Origin: Orbicella franksi
Lineage: Eukaryota
Direction of reading: 5' to 3'
DNA length: 64,000 nucleotides
NCBI GenBank assembly: GCA_964199315.1
Contig: OZ116700.1
Coordinates: 32,984,001-33,048,000 of the forward strand
Positions within the stretch are counted from its first letter, which is position 1. Every line of letters begins with the position of its first letter. The notes beneath the pieces were generated by a model. It saw nothing but the letters and a program-made list of their open reading frames with translations. It had not been told where the DNA came from and did no database searches. A program made the position numbers and the translations under genes. Below are positions 15,301 through 29,900 of this stretch, piece by piece.

Positions 15301-18300
15301 CGGAGCTTTTGGTCCAGAGGTGCCGATTACAAAGGCTAAATCGATGGCTTTCTCTGTAAACCAGAATGACGAGAAAGGGGTTCAACATAAAACAACAATG
15401 ATACCGGCAAAAAGCGGTCGAGAGAATTTAGAAATCTACAGTTTTTACTTTGGGTTTGTCACGCATTGTTTGGTTGCGTGACAAGCACAGAAAGAGACAC
15501 TACAGAAAACTGGTATAGTAACGCAATTTTCGTTTGCCCGACTAGTGAAAACTGGAATAGTAAGGCAATTTTCGTATGCGCGACTTATGAAAACTGGTAT
15601 ATTAGCACGAATAGTTGGAACAGTAAACCGACGTCTGGCTTAAAGTTATGTATCGCAATGTTCAGTTGCGTGACCAGGGACAGAAACAGATACTACAGCA
15701 CATCCGCAATAACAAGTCGTACATAAGCAATATACAATCACCTCACTAAGGCTTATGAAACACAAAGTCAAATAACAATCTACAAATACGTACGGCAAAT
15801 TCCTTTTGATCTCACGGTGGTCATTTGTTTCTCCACGCAGGCCTTTGCTTTAAGCGCACATTCATTTGGATAAGTCACCATGTCACTTCCACAAACTGCT
15901 TTAACAGGTTCTGTTGAACAATCGTCTTCGCACTCGCATAGAGCGGTGTCATTTGGTAAGGAGCGACATTTGGCGTTGTAGCCACATTTAACTTCCTTGC
16001 AAGGATCTAAAGAATATAACACTGTAAGTTTGCCACTTGTAAGTTTGCAAGAGATTCTGTTGCTTAGAAACGTGCCTTTTATTGAAGTGGAACCCCCCAA
16101 AATAATAATGGTTGGAATTGATCGAAAAAGAGAAAAGAAATAGTTATGTTCAAATTTAGGTCAATGTACACGGCACCTTGAAGTTTGCAATTAAGATTTA
16201 GCGATGGCAATACTTGCCAGAAAGTAGAAGTGATGCATTTATCTATCTTGTTACTGGACCCCAATGGAGCGGGATGAGAGAGACGAAGAGGGGCTTTATG
16301 GAGTTCTGAAACGGGAGCCCTCTTCCAGTTTTTGCACTAAAATCAGGAGCTCATAAAAGACTTTTCTCTTCTTCCTCTTGCGGCCCAAATAAGAGCGTCT
16401 ATTCATGTTCTTTGAGCCTTTTTGTTATGGCGAGATTTTCTTTTCAGGTCCATTGAGACCCTGGAAACACCTCCTGTTGTGACGGTGCAAATTGTGTCTG
16501 TTAAAGAAAATGATTATAGGCAAAGAAAAAGATAGAAAGAGGACAAACTTACTGCAGTGGTCACTGTACTTTACAGTGATTTGTTTTTGCAGAAGACATG
16601 ACTGAATTCGAAGAAAGCACTCGTTTAAGTAAGATTTCACATCACTGCCACACACTGGCCTGTAATTCTCTGGACAGGAAACAAGACATGCGCAGTACGG
16701 GGTTCCATCCTCTTTAAGTCGGCAAGTTCCGTGGAAGGGGCATTTGATTCCAGAACAAGGAGTTGGGTCTTCAGAAAAGATTGAAAATAGATGGCACAGA
16801 GAAGAAAAAGTAAAAATTTCACAATATATAGAGAGAAGAGATTTCTGTAATGGGAGATTCAACCACAAAACAGTGCAATAGAAGAGACCTACCCATGCAT
16901 TGAAATCACAGAAGAGAAGAAGGTAGGGAGGTTTCTAGTTTACAAAGAGAAAGCGCGGGTAAAACGAAAGCAGCTGAATCCAAATTTAGCTAGTTTTTAG
17001 TTAAACAATGAAGTCTTTAAGTTTCTGCCGGAGAGATCTATAACTGTCTATAGCATCTAAAACAACTTTCTTTTTGGTGACAAATCTATTGAGACTTTTA
17101 AAACAAGACTTAGAACATGTCACACACCATAATCGTTTTGAGAACGAAATAACAACAGCAGGATCCGCTGATTATCACACGGTCGTTTGAGCAGCTCACT
17201 TGGCTTACGCATTTTCAGTTTCGCAGGTTATAATTCACTCACTTCAGTATGGCCTTGTGTTTTTTGTCAAGAGAAGAACTGAAAGAAGTTGGGTTTACAT
17301 CCGACCTCGATGTTTACACTAATGTCGAGGGAGGGAACACGGGGACAGGCGCCCTTGATTTGTGCTTCAAAGTAAACATCCAATATCGATCACATGAGAA
17401 AATGTGAAGTCGAGAAACAACATGCAACTTACTACAAGCTTTTTCAGACATAACAGAAGTATTTTGGCCCATGAAACAAGCCTCTCTTCTCAGAAAACAC
17501 GCATTCCAGTAAGTCCTTGAATTCGATCCACACACAGGGCGAAAAAATGAAGAACAAAGGTCAGGACAGACGCACAGAGCAGTGCCATCTCTTTGAATGA
17601 CACACTGAGCGTAGTGCGCACACTCAGTGGATCGACAAGCACCTACAGGAGAAAGCAAGGAACAGGACAGGCAGAGAAAGAATATCGGACATGTTAAGAG
17701 TAGAATGTACGTGATCTAAAGGATGTGAAGTAACTAAGTAATAAGTATTATGGAGACAGCAGCTTAAAACAAAGGAGATCAGCAATGACCTTGCTCTCAA
17801 TAGGAAGGAAAAAGTAAACTGAGAGAAAAGCAATAGCTACACCAAGAAAAACAATGAATAATGCGACTGGAAGATTGCAAAACTTGAATTGTCAAACTAA
17901 GACAAAAGAAAATGTGTCTTAGACGGAGAACAACGTAAATGAAAGCCAAAAAAAATGGTGTTCTCATTCTCATCTCATGTTCTCATTTTGTAAATTTTAG
18001 GACATTTATGAATTATTTAAGAGTTGCCCTGAACTCAAGACTTATCTAGCTGAACGTTTTCCTTACTTTTCAAAACGGCCTTCATTACAGCTATAACCAG
18101 TATGTCTGGTTTGCCAATTTCTGGTTCTGGGTCCGTGATGACGTTTCCTTCATTAGGAGGAATTTGTATTCCGTCTGGACCCACCTGCTGTCCAATAGCA
18201 ACTGGAATCACCTTGAATTAACAACACAGTCGTTAGAAAAAGTCTCTCCCAAACTAATGGAACAAGGGGAAATACTAGCGTGTACACAACAAAAATTGTG

Positions 18301-21300
18301 CTTAAGCTTGGGCATTTAAATATTAAACATTAGCTAGGAAAACGGAATGATTTTATATTTGAGGGGTAGCGGAAACGTGCGAGACAAAATCCAAAACCAA
18401 CAGCAAAACAAAAATTAAAGTTGCTTTCCAGAACGGACAATGTTATCAGATGTTGAATTTGTGAACAGTCGCCAGGCTGAACCTTAAGTTCTCCGTTCTT
18501 CCCTTTTTCTTTTGCCTCCGAGATGTGAAGATGGACTTAAAGTGATTTTTCAAACACGAAAAACCGCGTTTGACCACATTACCAAATACCAAGAAGAGAG
18601 TTGAAAATACGTTGCACAGCGGAGTATTTTTGACGAACTTCGAGGTGTTTCAAAATGTGGTCAAATACCGTCTTGAGTGCTTGATATATCTTCTCAATCA
18701 AAACTAAAACTGAGAAGAAAACGGAGAAATAAAATCGTAAAAGTCTCTGCTAATTAAGACCAGATATCCAAACAATGTCACGGCCATGATTTCCCTTGTT
18801 CAAAACTAGATGAATTATTATTGTGCCTGCACAGGAGCAACATTTAACGTTGCTACTAACCTTTATTCCGGAATTCTCCAAGCTCTTTGCATAACGTAAC
18901 ACAACATTCTTGTCTCCTACAGTGTTTCTATCCACAATCACCACAACAAACTTTCGCACAGCAGGTCTCTCGCCCTTATAACCTGGCTGGAAAATCTCAG
19001 TAGCCTTTTCAAGTGCTTTTTCCAGGTTCGGCCGGCCGCCAATTCTCGGAATATTATCCAGAAGACCCTTGAGCTGGTCTGGGCTTTTCACGTTAGCACC
19101 AAACTTTAGTCGCACGTCGGGTTCGTTACCAAACACCATGAATGCATAATGGACATGGTACATGCCATATTCATCGATGATCAGCTTAATGGCGTCCAGC
19201 ATGTAGTCGTAGAGCTCGTTGGCTTTAGCACTGGTGGCAGAGATAGCGAAAGCAATGTCGATTGGGTATGAGACCAATACTGAAACAAATGAACAAGAAT
19301 TATCAGCAAGCTAGTCAATAACTGTATTCACTTTTGCCATTCAAGGTTTTCATTAGTTGCTCTAATTTGCGGTAAAATTGCGGTACTGAACACCATTACG
19401 CACTCGTAAATCGTTATGCATGGACAAAAAAATTGAAAGACGACCCAAATATTAACATTAAATTCACCCTCTCTGGATTACTATTTGGACTACTATTTCT
19501 TTACTGTAGACTGAAACAGGTGTGCCATCTCTTTCGCAAAATAGTGCACTATGCCAAACGCTAATCTTCAGTACGGCCGTTTCGCATATGAACGAGGAGG
19601 TTTGGGGGAGAGTCAAAAAGGAGGACAAAGGAATGGGGTGAGACTGACCGACTTTCGAAACCGCTCGCCAATTAATCTCTGAGTTCAAGGAAAACTAAAC
19701 ATTGTTACTAAAGATACTTCTTTGACAACTTCGAGCTCCAGTCGTTCTATTCTTGCAGACTGGATTCGAAACGAGAAACACCTCTTACTGCCTCGTCTCT
19801 TATAAAATATGAACAATATTGGAAAATGTAGGAGACATTCTTCTGAAATATACCTTTCAAGGGGCAAATCTGATCAGAAAGCAAGGGTGCCACAGACATG
19901 AGCTCACTGAAGGAGGTCGAATGGAATGCGTAGTCGTTCTTAGAGGCGACTTTCTTGATACTGGGGTCATCCATGCCGCTCCCCACCCCCACGACAAACA
20001 ATGCAGCGTCACGGGCCTTTAATGCTCCGGATGCATCATGGAGCAAAGGGATGTCATTTTCTGATTGATCCATAATCACAACCACAGCCTACAAACAGAA
20101 AAATAGTTTGGTCATATTGTAAGATAAGTGTGGAGCCCTACTGTTATCTTATAACTGAACGCGCCTTGATCACAGAAAACCCAACAATAATGGTTTGATT
20201 TTGTACCACAATACAGGACAATGAATGAGCCACAGAACCCAACGAAAGAAATGAAATGAATTAAAATATGGACGAACTTCTTAAAAAAAAAACAATTCCT
20301 TACAAACTATATTTGCAACAAAGTTCATGATCTAGTTCAATTTGTGTCGCAAGTCAAGGGTCATTTGTAGTGGGGTATTTCCGCACACCAGTCACTACGA
20401 GAGTGTATTTTCCTTGCCACCATAGAACGACAATATATAAGGGAGCTTAAGTAAACCACGACGGCAACGGTAACCAAAATGTGAGCAAACAAAACGATGA
20501 ATGAGCAGAACAATAGCTATGCACATGCGTACATTTCGAAGCCGTCCCTGCAAACAACAACGTGAAACGACCAAATTCTTTGCGCACGTTTTTTGACCGA
20601 TTGGCGCACTAAGCACATCCAGATAGCTCGAAGGTGAAATATAAATCTTTTTTTTTTCACTAGGCGTCGTCCCTCGCGTCACGGTCGTCATTGTTTAAGG
20701 TCCCTGATGGCCAGCATCGCACAGTTGTCCACGGAGTGAATAACGCTGTCTACCGGGTGAATGCTATCCATTGGAGAAATGCCACTTCGATAAACTACGC
20801 TATACATTAGATAGTGATACGATTAGTGTTATCCACGCTTTGAACAATTAGGGACAGGACCTGAGCTCTCGGCTTCAGTCGGACGCACTGACCACTAGGA
20901 CGCACATGCAAGTACCTACAACAGTTCCTATCCTATCCTATCCTATATCTCTTTATGCCATGAGGCACATAAGGCTTTGACATTCTCTTTCCAACCACTA
21001 CGGTTTGCTGCGAGGTTTCTGACATTCGCCCATGACTGCCACCCAGCTGTTTTCCTTTCATCTTCAACCATTCTCCTCCATGTTGTTTTGGGTCGACCAG
21101 GCCTTCTTTTCCCTTCTGGCCTCCATTCCAGAGCTGTGACGCAATGTTCCTCTTTGTCTTTCCTCATTATATGTCCAATCCAATTCCATCTTCTACGTCT
21201 GATTTCATCGCTCGTCCTGTTCACTCCTGTGTTCTCCTGAATTTGTTGGTGGGAGATGGTCTGAGGCCACCTTATTCTTAAAATCCTCTTCATGCACTTG

Positions 21301-22612
21301 TATTGGAAACCGTCCAGCTTCTTTGCTTCTGTTTTCGTAAGTTTCCAAGCTTCACAGCCATACACCCTACAACAGTTACCTAATGAAAATTAATTGCCTA
21401 AATAAGAATCCCACCTGTTTCACATCTGGTCTTAGGTCTTTGATGATTTCCAAGGCTCTCGTCAGCCCAGATGTAATTCCAGGAGACGATCCTACATCTT
21501 TGAGACCGTCAATATAGGTTTTGATCGCGTCCACAGATTGGGAAACGCTGAAAGGGCGCACGACCACACCTATTCCTCCTGTTAACAGCAGTCCCACCCG
21601 GGTGTCATTTATGCCGATGTAGAATGTATCGATCACAGCTTTGATGAAGTTCTTCTTGATTGGTAGACTGCCTCCATCCATGATAAACAGCAGGTCAACG
21701 GAGTTGTTGCAAGCTAACGAAGAAAAACACAAATAAAAGCATGAGCAAATCCTCACTCAACGTTGGTATAAGGTAACGTCTGTGTTGGAGCCCTGTGGAC
21801 CGTCACCCAGGTCTCGATGCTTATTTCCAGCTTCCGTAGCATTTCTACTCCCCACCTGTACGTAATACTAGTCCATTGCAGTGTAACCCACTGTATTTTA
21901 TTCGAAGGCATTCATTTCTACTCCTGGGCGAAAGAGAAGCCGTGAGCGAGTCTAGCGCACTTAGGGCACAAATGTGATTTCATTAAACATGACATGAGTA
22001 TAGATGATCACAAACGCGATTCATCATAGAACAGCGAAAGTTACGGTTGTCTGCTTGGTTCTTTTAGGTATGTTTTCAAATTTTCAAGAAGTTCATTTAA
22101 GTCAATTCAGCGATTGCCAGGGATCACATTAGAAACAGCCTCTAGTAAACATTGATTTCATTCCTTGTACCTTCACATACTCCAGTCTTAACAACAGTGA
22201 GTCTTGTCTTCATTCTGCACGATTCGACCATCATACTACAGTTGTTTGGATAAGTCTGTTTATCACTGGCACATACGGGATTGTAGCTCTGTGGGCAGTA
22301 ATCACGGCATATGCATTCTGCTGTTCCATTGGGATACTTCACACACTTCCCATTGAAATCACATGTTTTAACCAAGCATGGGTCAGATAAAGCTGAGAAA
22401 AAAGATTTTAATAGCAGAGTTAGTTAAACCGGTTAACGTAGTTGAAGACCATTCTAATCCTCTCGGGACTGGAAAGGCCGACTAACACCTAATCGTGGAT
22501 AAAGTACAGCTGCTCCCCCTGCATTGATGGGATGCTACTCTATTGCGAGTAATCCTCCCAAAAATAAGCAAATGGGATGTAGATAATCATCTGACCCGAG
22601 TTGTTGGAAAGT

Positions 22613-22647
<35 letters not shown>

Positions 22648-25600
22648 GCGGAGAGCGTGTTTTTTTTTTTTTTTTGTTAACACTTATCCACTGGATAGCG
22701 TTATGAAGCCTTCGAACAACTGCGGTCTTTTTGATAGGAAGAGAACAAAAACCGACAGAATTCGCAATGCTTACTTTTAGCTATCGCGGCCATAATTTTC
22801 TCTCTAACCGTACGTGGATCATCATCTTTATCGGTCGGCACGATATCCTTCTTGTCTTTGTCTGGAGTCAGCGGAATAAGCTCATCTGGGTCGGCCTCAT
22901 TTCCAATAACTACAGTAACAAACCTGACTTTGCCGTCTTCATATTCACCCACGATCTTCTCGATCGCACTTCCGCTGTTGACAGACTTCTTGTCAATCAT
23001 CACCACGATTATCTTCCGGGAATCTGGTCGGGCACCTCCGCTTAGTAAGAAAAAGAGCTGCTTTGTAGTCTCCAGAGCGTTCACCAAATCTGGAGAACCA
23101 GAAACCAACTGGGCGCCTTTAATTATAGACAGCTGTGAATCTTTAGTGGTCTTTTGAAACGGTAGTATTATGTTGGCGTTTTGCCCAAAGACCACCATGC
23201 TGTAAAGATGCTTTTTGACGCCATATTGTTCGATGATTGATTCCATAGTGGACTTGATGAGTTTAAAATTATCACCGCTATCAACAGCGGTTGTGCTGAC
23301 GACAAATGATATGTCTAATCTTGGAAACCTGGTTGTACCTAAAAATAAATAAAAACAAACTGGTAATCACTAGCTCAATCACAATCTAAATTATGCAGCA
23401 CGCATTACGACAAAATTAACTTTAAGTCAAAATTGTTATATATGAATTCAAAGGATTTTAAGATTCAGAACAGGTGAAAAACGAATCAAATTTGCTGCAG
23501 ATCAAACAGTGAATAACAGAAATAATCTACTTTGCAGAAGGGAAGTTGTTTTTATAGTAGTCAATGCGCTTAGCTACACCTAGCTAAGCTCCTAGATAGG
23601 ACTGCACTAGAATGTAATGCACAAAAGTTCAATTCTGCGCGTGTTCTTCTGTACTTATTTAAATCCATTCGCTTTTTGTCTTATTTTTAAAAGCATTTAT
23701 AGATTCATTTTCAAGTGTTATGAATTACTTCCTACAACGATAAGACTGTGATTAGAAATACATCTACACAAAGAGGTTTGAAGAAAAAGAAGGAGGAAAG
23801 TTTGAAAACGAAATTACTTACCACTAAGCAATTTGTCCTCTATCTTATCAGCCGTCTTAATCGGATGATCTGTGTCGTTTGTTTTGATAACATCCTCATC
23901 TGGGAACTCCTTTTCGAAGTCAGGAACAGGCTTGTTACCAATAGCAACAAGAATCACAGCTATCGAGGCCTCTATCAAGTCCTTTGCCGCTTTGTTGATG
24001 GCTGGCATGTTACGACCAGTCGAGGCATCCGTGATAATGACAAGAACCTGAACACAAGGAAGATAACAGACACAGAAGTTAATGTAAAGGCACGACTTAT
24101 ATCAGAGCAATGCTAAAAGTCAATGGAATGGTGAAAGATTTTAACGTTGGGTAATAGCAAAACGAAAACAGAAATTGAAACGCTTTTATTAACGGTAAGA
24201 TGAAATTGTGCAGTACAAATATACAGCCTTTGAAGCAAAGTGTCGTCCAAGAGCATTACCACAGACAGAATTGGAAGGCACGAAGTCACTACCGCCGTTA
24301 ATTACAAAAATCTAATACCAAGTAACATGCGGATGAATAAAGGGACCACAACTGAGTTTGTTATGGAGACCCACGAGTGAAAGGGGCCTATTATCGTTCA
24401 ACTGTCCAATAGCGGCGCTCGTAAATAACGCTTCCTTTTCAGTAACACATACCTTCTGAGCATCTTTCCGGGCAGACTCGCCTTCAAACAGTCTCTTTGC
24501 CGAAACAAGAGCCCTGTCCAGTGCAGGCTCGTCATTGTTACCAGCTATCAAATCAATGTAACTCTCAAGTTGTTTAGGATCGCTGAACCTGTCCCTGAAG
24601 GGAATCCTTATGGAGGCAACTTTGCCAAAAACAATAAGCCCATATTGGACCCTGTCGCTGAAGAATCTCTTCGTTACTTCCTTCACAACATCCAGGATAA
24701 CTCCAAAATTGTTGTCGGTTGGTAGTGCACTAATGGCAAAGGCGAGGTCCAACTTTGGTACTTTGGGCGTCACTGTAAAGTGCGCAAGACAAGATTATAT
24801 ATCTAAAACGGTTATTGCCATTAGTGTGTTTTCTTGAAAAGATAAAAGAACTTAAACAAGGGACTTCGTTTTTATTTCTTTTCTTAAAGTCATAATTAAG
24901 CAGTGGTTAAAAGTGGAACAATTCCTTTTAATGCGCTAAGTCATGGACAGAGTTTCACGACGAAATTTACTCCTTTTGATAAATTGCAATATATGATTGA
25001 ATATAACCGACGCGTAGATCCTTTAGGGTGGTTTTCACTTGAGTGTCGAAAAGTAATTGGTTTTGAATCAACTTCGCAACACGATAAGCTTAAAAAGCTC
25101 GCGCCACTTTTTCATCCAATCAAACGTAAAACCACACCAGTTGTGACTCGTTCGCCCGCGTTTTCCCGCGCTTCGCATCTGCTACCTGTGTTAAATTCAA
25201 GTTTTGATTGGTTCATTGGATTGTGTGTCATTTGTGATTGGCCAAAGTGATTATATTGGTTTTGGTTTTACGACACTCAATGGAAATCTGCCCTAAACAA
25301 ACAACAGGTCCAACTTTGGTATGTGGTACGCTACCTTTAAGGACTTTCGCCATAACTGATTTGCCAAGTTCTGTTGGGTCAACCTCACCAGGAACAACAA
25401 CTAGTACGTCTTTATACGATGAAATTTCCTCGATTTCTTTAGGATCGATATCACCGCCAATGGCAACAGGAACAATCTTTACATCAGCGAATTCCAATTC
25501 TTGAGCTTCCTTCCCTGTTTCTTGTTTATCTCCTATTGGTGATTTGTCTGCAATCACCACCAGGACTTTCTTGGCGTCCTTCCGAGCACTCGACTGGAAC

Positions 25601-26899
25601 AATTCCTCTGCCTTCTGCAGCGCCTTCTCCAGGGCGGGATTTCCAGCCTCATTCTGCATGCTATCAACCGTAGTTAGCCAATTCTCCAGGGATGGGAAGG
25701 TTCTCTCAAAGCCGAGGGTTACCTTTGCGTCAGAGCCGTAAATTATTACAGCATAACGTAGGTCACCAACACCATATTTCTTGATTATGAATTTTACGGT
25801 CTCTTTCACTTTGTCCAATGTTTGCCTAGCATTAAGAGCTGCTGCACTTATGGCGAAGCCCAGGTCGATCTTCTCTGTAATGATCGAGTCTGGAGAAGAA
25901 AATGAAAGAAAATCTAACTTATTGCCCTTTAGATTTTGCTTGGATTATTGGTAAACCCAAATCGTCTCTTACCCTAGGAATGGGTTATTATAGTAGAGTA
26001 GCTGCAAATAATACAAATTTAAAAAAGGTATACATATCACTGGACAAAAGGATATTACTGTTTCTTCATATGGTACACTGCAGAGCGTCTTTCGACGTTT
26101 GTTTGAAGATGTCGGAGGATTCATAATCAATGGTAATAAACTACTAAATTGAAATAAGCGAGTAGCTAGGAACAAACCGTTTAGCACTATCGTCACCAAC
26201 TCCTTCACAACTTCCTCGGGACCGCTGTCTTTTCCTGGCTCGATAACTTCTGGCGTAACGGTATCAGACTCGTCGCCAAGTGCAATGGCAATAACACGAA
26301 CACCATCATTCTTCAGCTTCTCAGACGCAATTTGTACTTCTTCCTCACTGCTGTCTGATCTCTTATCAGTGATAACCACTAAGACCTTCATTGCATTTGG
26401 CCTCGCATCTTCAGCTAAGGCAAAAAGGTATCGCGCTTCTTCCAGAGCTTTGTCAAGAGCTGCGTCACCGAAGGCTTTCTTTACATTATCAACAAGTGTG
26501 CCAAGTTCCTCCTCAGTGTCGAAAACGTTGTCAAACCTGATTTTAACATCAGGTGTGGCGCCAAACGTGATGAGGCTGTACCTGACACTGTGAAGGCCAA
26601 ACTTTTCAACCGTCTCCTTGATGATTTCTTTCGTTTTCTCGAAGTTCTTGTCTTGATCCACAGCAGTTGTACTTATGACGAAGGCAAGGTCCATTTCCGG
26701 TACGAAAAGTGTTTCTGGAAGAAAATGAAAATAGAAACAAAGATCTGGATCAGTTTGCTCACATCAAGGTTCTTGCTGCACTGTGCACATCTACGTGAAA
26801 AGTGTGTTCATATCGGATACTAACTGACCTACAGATAGGCAGACCGACAGAAAAGAACAGACAGATAGATATATACATACACATACAGACACACAGGCT

Positions 26900-26932
<33 letters not shown>

Positions 26933-29900
26933 GTAGAGAAACAGACAGCAACAGACAAATAGACAGTCAGACAGTCAGACAGACAGAGAGACAGACCTAC
27001 AGACCGACTGACCGACCGACCAACAGATAGTACGCGAGTCTGCTGACAAGGATATTGAGTTTATGTTATGCTTTACACATAAAAATATTTGGCAAATATC
27101 ATTGCCAACATGTCAAACATAAGCAAAAATAAATACAACTAAAAGTACCTTCTATAACCTTCGCCATGATTACTTTAACCAGGATCTTAGTGGTTGAAGT
27201 ATCTGGTTTTGTTATAACATCCTTCTTATGCGGCGTTAGCGTTTTCAACTCTGCGCCATCTGTTTCGCCTCCCAACCCAACTGGTATGACCTTGATTTGA
27301 GCCTGCTCCAGAAGAGAAGCTTTTTCACGCAGCTCGTTTTCGTCGCTGTCAGATTTTGTATCTGTTATCACCACCAAAACCTTTCTGACACCGGGGCGGG
27401 AATATTTGTTAAATATTTCCTGTGCTTTTTGGAGCGTAGCAGCCAATGCGGAGCCAGATGCGCGATCAACTGACTTTAAGGTTTTCAGCAGCTCATCGGT
27501 TGGTAAATTATCGTTGAACTGGATTTTAACGTCTGGAGCGGAGCCAAAGACGATGACACTGTAGTGAATTCTCTCCTGACCAAACATTTCTACTATCTCA
27601 TCGATGAGAGCTTTCATCTTTTGGAAGTTGGCTTCCGACTGGGCGGCATTGGCACTGATGGCAAAGGCCAGATCCACTTCTGGTATGATGGGCAAATCTA
27701 CACGTGAACAAAAAGGAAATATAAATATAAAAATAAATAAATTACAGCATTTAGAGAGAGACCCACATCAGCTTTAGCTGGTTTTCATACAGTTCCTCTA
27801 TCCTGGTGGAATTGGAATTTGGGGATGTTCGTTTTGGGGAGGAAGGAAAACCGGAGAACCCGGAGAAAAACCCTCAACAACAAACTCCACCACAAGATGA
27901 CTAAAACTATACATTATTATAGAAATGACGTATTGACAAGCCATATTTGTACGCCTAACGGAAGTAATTATAGGTAATAGATGTTTTAAGTTTTTTGCTA
28001 CAGGATGCAAGAGATGAAGAGCTAGTGATCTCAAGAGGAAGAGAGTTAAAATATTTTGGACCACGATAGAAAGCAGAGAATTGCCGAACATTAGTTCTAC
28101 ATAACGGAAGACGAAAGGAGTGTGCTTTCCTTTCGTGGTAACCATGGATTTGGTTGTTTGTCTTTAATATGTTTACAAATTTTTGAGCAAGAAGAGAGTT
28201 TCTAAAATCATACAAATTAGTTCTGCTTGCCAGGGTTACAAGTTCTATTAAAAAAATCCTCACCTTTCAATACGATGACCATAACTTCATCTCCTAATTT
28301 CTTTGGATCTTCATAACTTTTTTCGCCTTCTATGAGATTCCCCTTGTTCGGTACCACCTTAATAAGTTGACCAGGGTCTGCCTCCTTTCCTACAGCCACG
28401 GCGATAACCTTGATATTTTTGTCTTCTAGTGGTTTCGCAGCTTTCTTTAACATCTCCAATTCATTCCGAGATTTGCTCCCAACAAAGATAACCAAAAACT
28501 TCTTCGCTCTGGGTCTAGGCGGTGCGGTGTCAAACAATTTTTCTGCCCTTTCCAAAGCTTTTATCACATCTGGCTGCCCACGCGGTCGAGAAATGCTCAT
28601 GATATTTTCGATTAATTTGTCCAGATTGACAACCTCCTCTCCAAATGCTGTTACCAAGCCTGGGTTTGTTCCAAAGGGCAGAATGGAATAGCGGATTTGA
28701 TCATATTTTTTGTACTTTTCAATGATGCTTGTCACTGCCTCTTGCATTTTCTTGTATGTTTCTCCCGCATTCGAATCTGAGGTGCCAAAAGCAACGCATA
28801 TGTCCATTTCAGGGACACCAAGAGATTCTGAAACAAAATTTAAAATAACACCGTGAGTACGCCAATGAGTATTGTATCGAGTATTTAACACTTAAAAATG
28901 ATTGCCTTGTTCCTGTCGACAACTGCCAGAAATGTTCTTCATTCCTTCAGCTAAGAACTACAATTCCGACCAAAACGTTTGGGACACTTCAGCATTTTTC
29001 AATAAAAACAGTATTTCAATCCCCCTCCCTCCCCCGTGGATGTCAGGAGTCAAAGTGTGTCATAAATATTCTACAGTCAAAGGACTTCAACATTGTTAAG
29101 GGGGAGCGAAGGAAGGATCCCTGTAGGGCTATTTCTATGACTGAGAATTGTTGGTTTCTCGCAGTTTCCACGTAAAAACGCAAGAACAAAGGGAAGTGTC
29201 CCAAACCCTATTGGTCAGGATTGTATGTTGAAATAAAATAGTCCTGGAGAGTACACGAACACAAACTCACTAGCTTTCATTATGATCTCATCTGCAATTT
29301 TCTCGGGGTCATCTTCTCTGTCTGCTTTGACGATATCATCCTTATCAAGGGTTGCATTTGTCAGTTCTGGTATGTCTACTTCTCTGCCAAGTGCCACAGG
29401 AATGACACGGATTTTGTCATTTTCCAGAGGGACGGCAGCCTTTCTAATGTCCTCTTCAGTGCTACCTGATTTGTTATCAATGATTATAACCAGGACCTTC
29501 TTGGCATCAGGACGGAGATCTGTAAAGTGAGCCAGAACACCAAAACATTATAAACACCATAAGGTCTTGTACAAAATGGTCGATATAGTGTAGCCATAAC
29601 TCTGTAAGACTATTCCAGCGATTTTTGCGGTTCACTTGAAATAGTCAAAAGCTTTAAAGACTCCTGATACGTTATTTCATCCTTAATTTCTAATAGCAAT
29701 ACTCATGAAAAATTACAAAGTCACAAACTTTATAACAGCTAACAAAGTTATTAAACTTCTTACGGAGCTAATCCAATCCCACCTGTTAAAACAGTTCACT
29801 TCTAGCTAGTCTTTTAAATTCTTTAATTGTCTTACAACTTTTTTGTTTCATTACTTGAACCAATACATGTTCTGGTAGTGAGAAAAAAAGAACGATCTTT

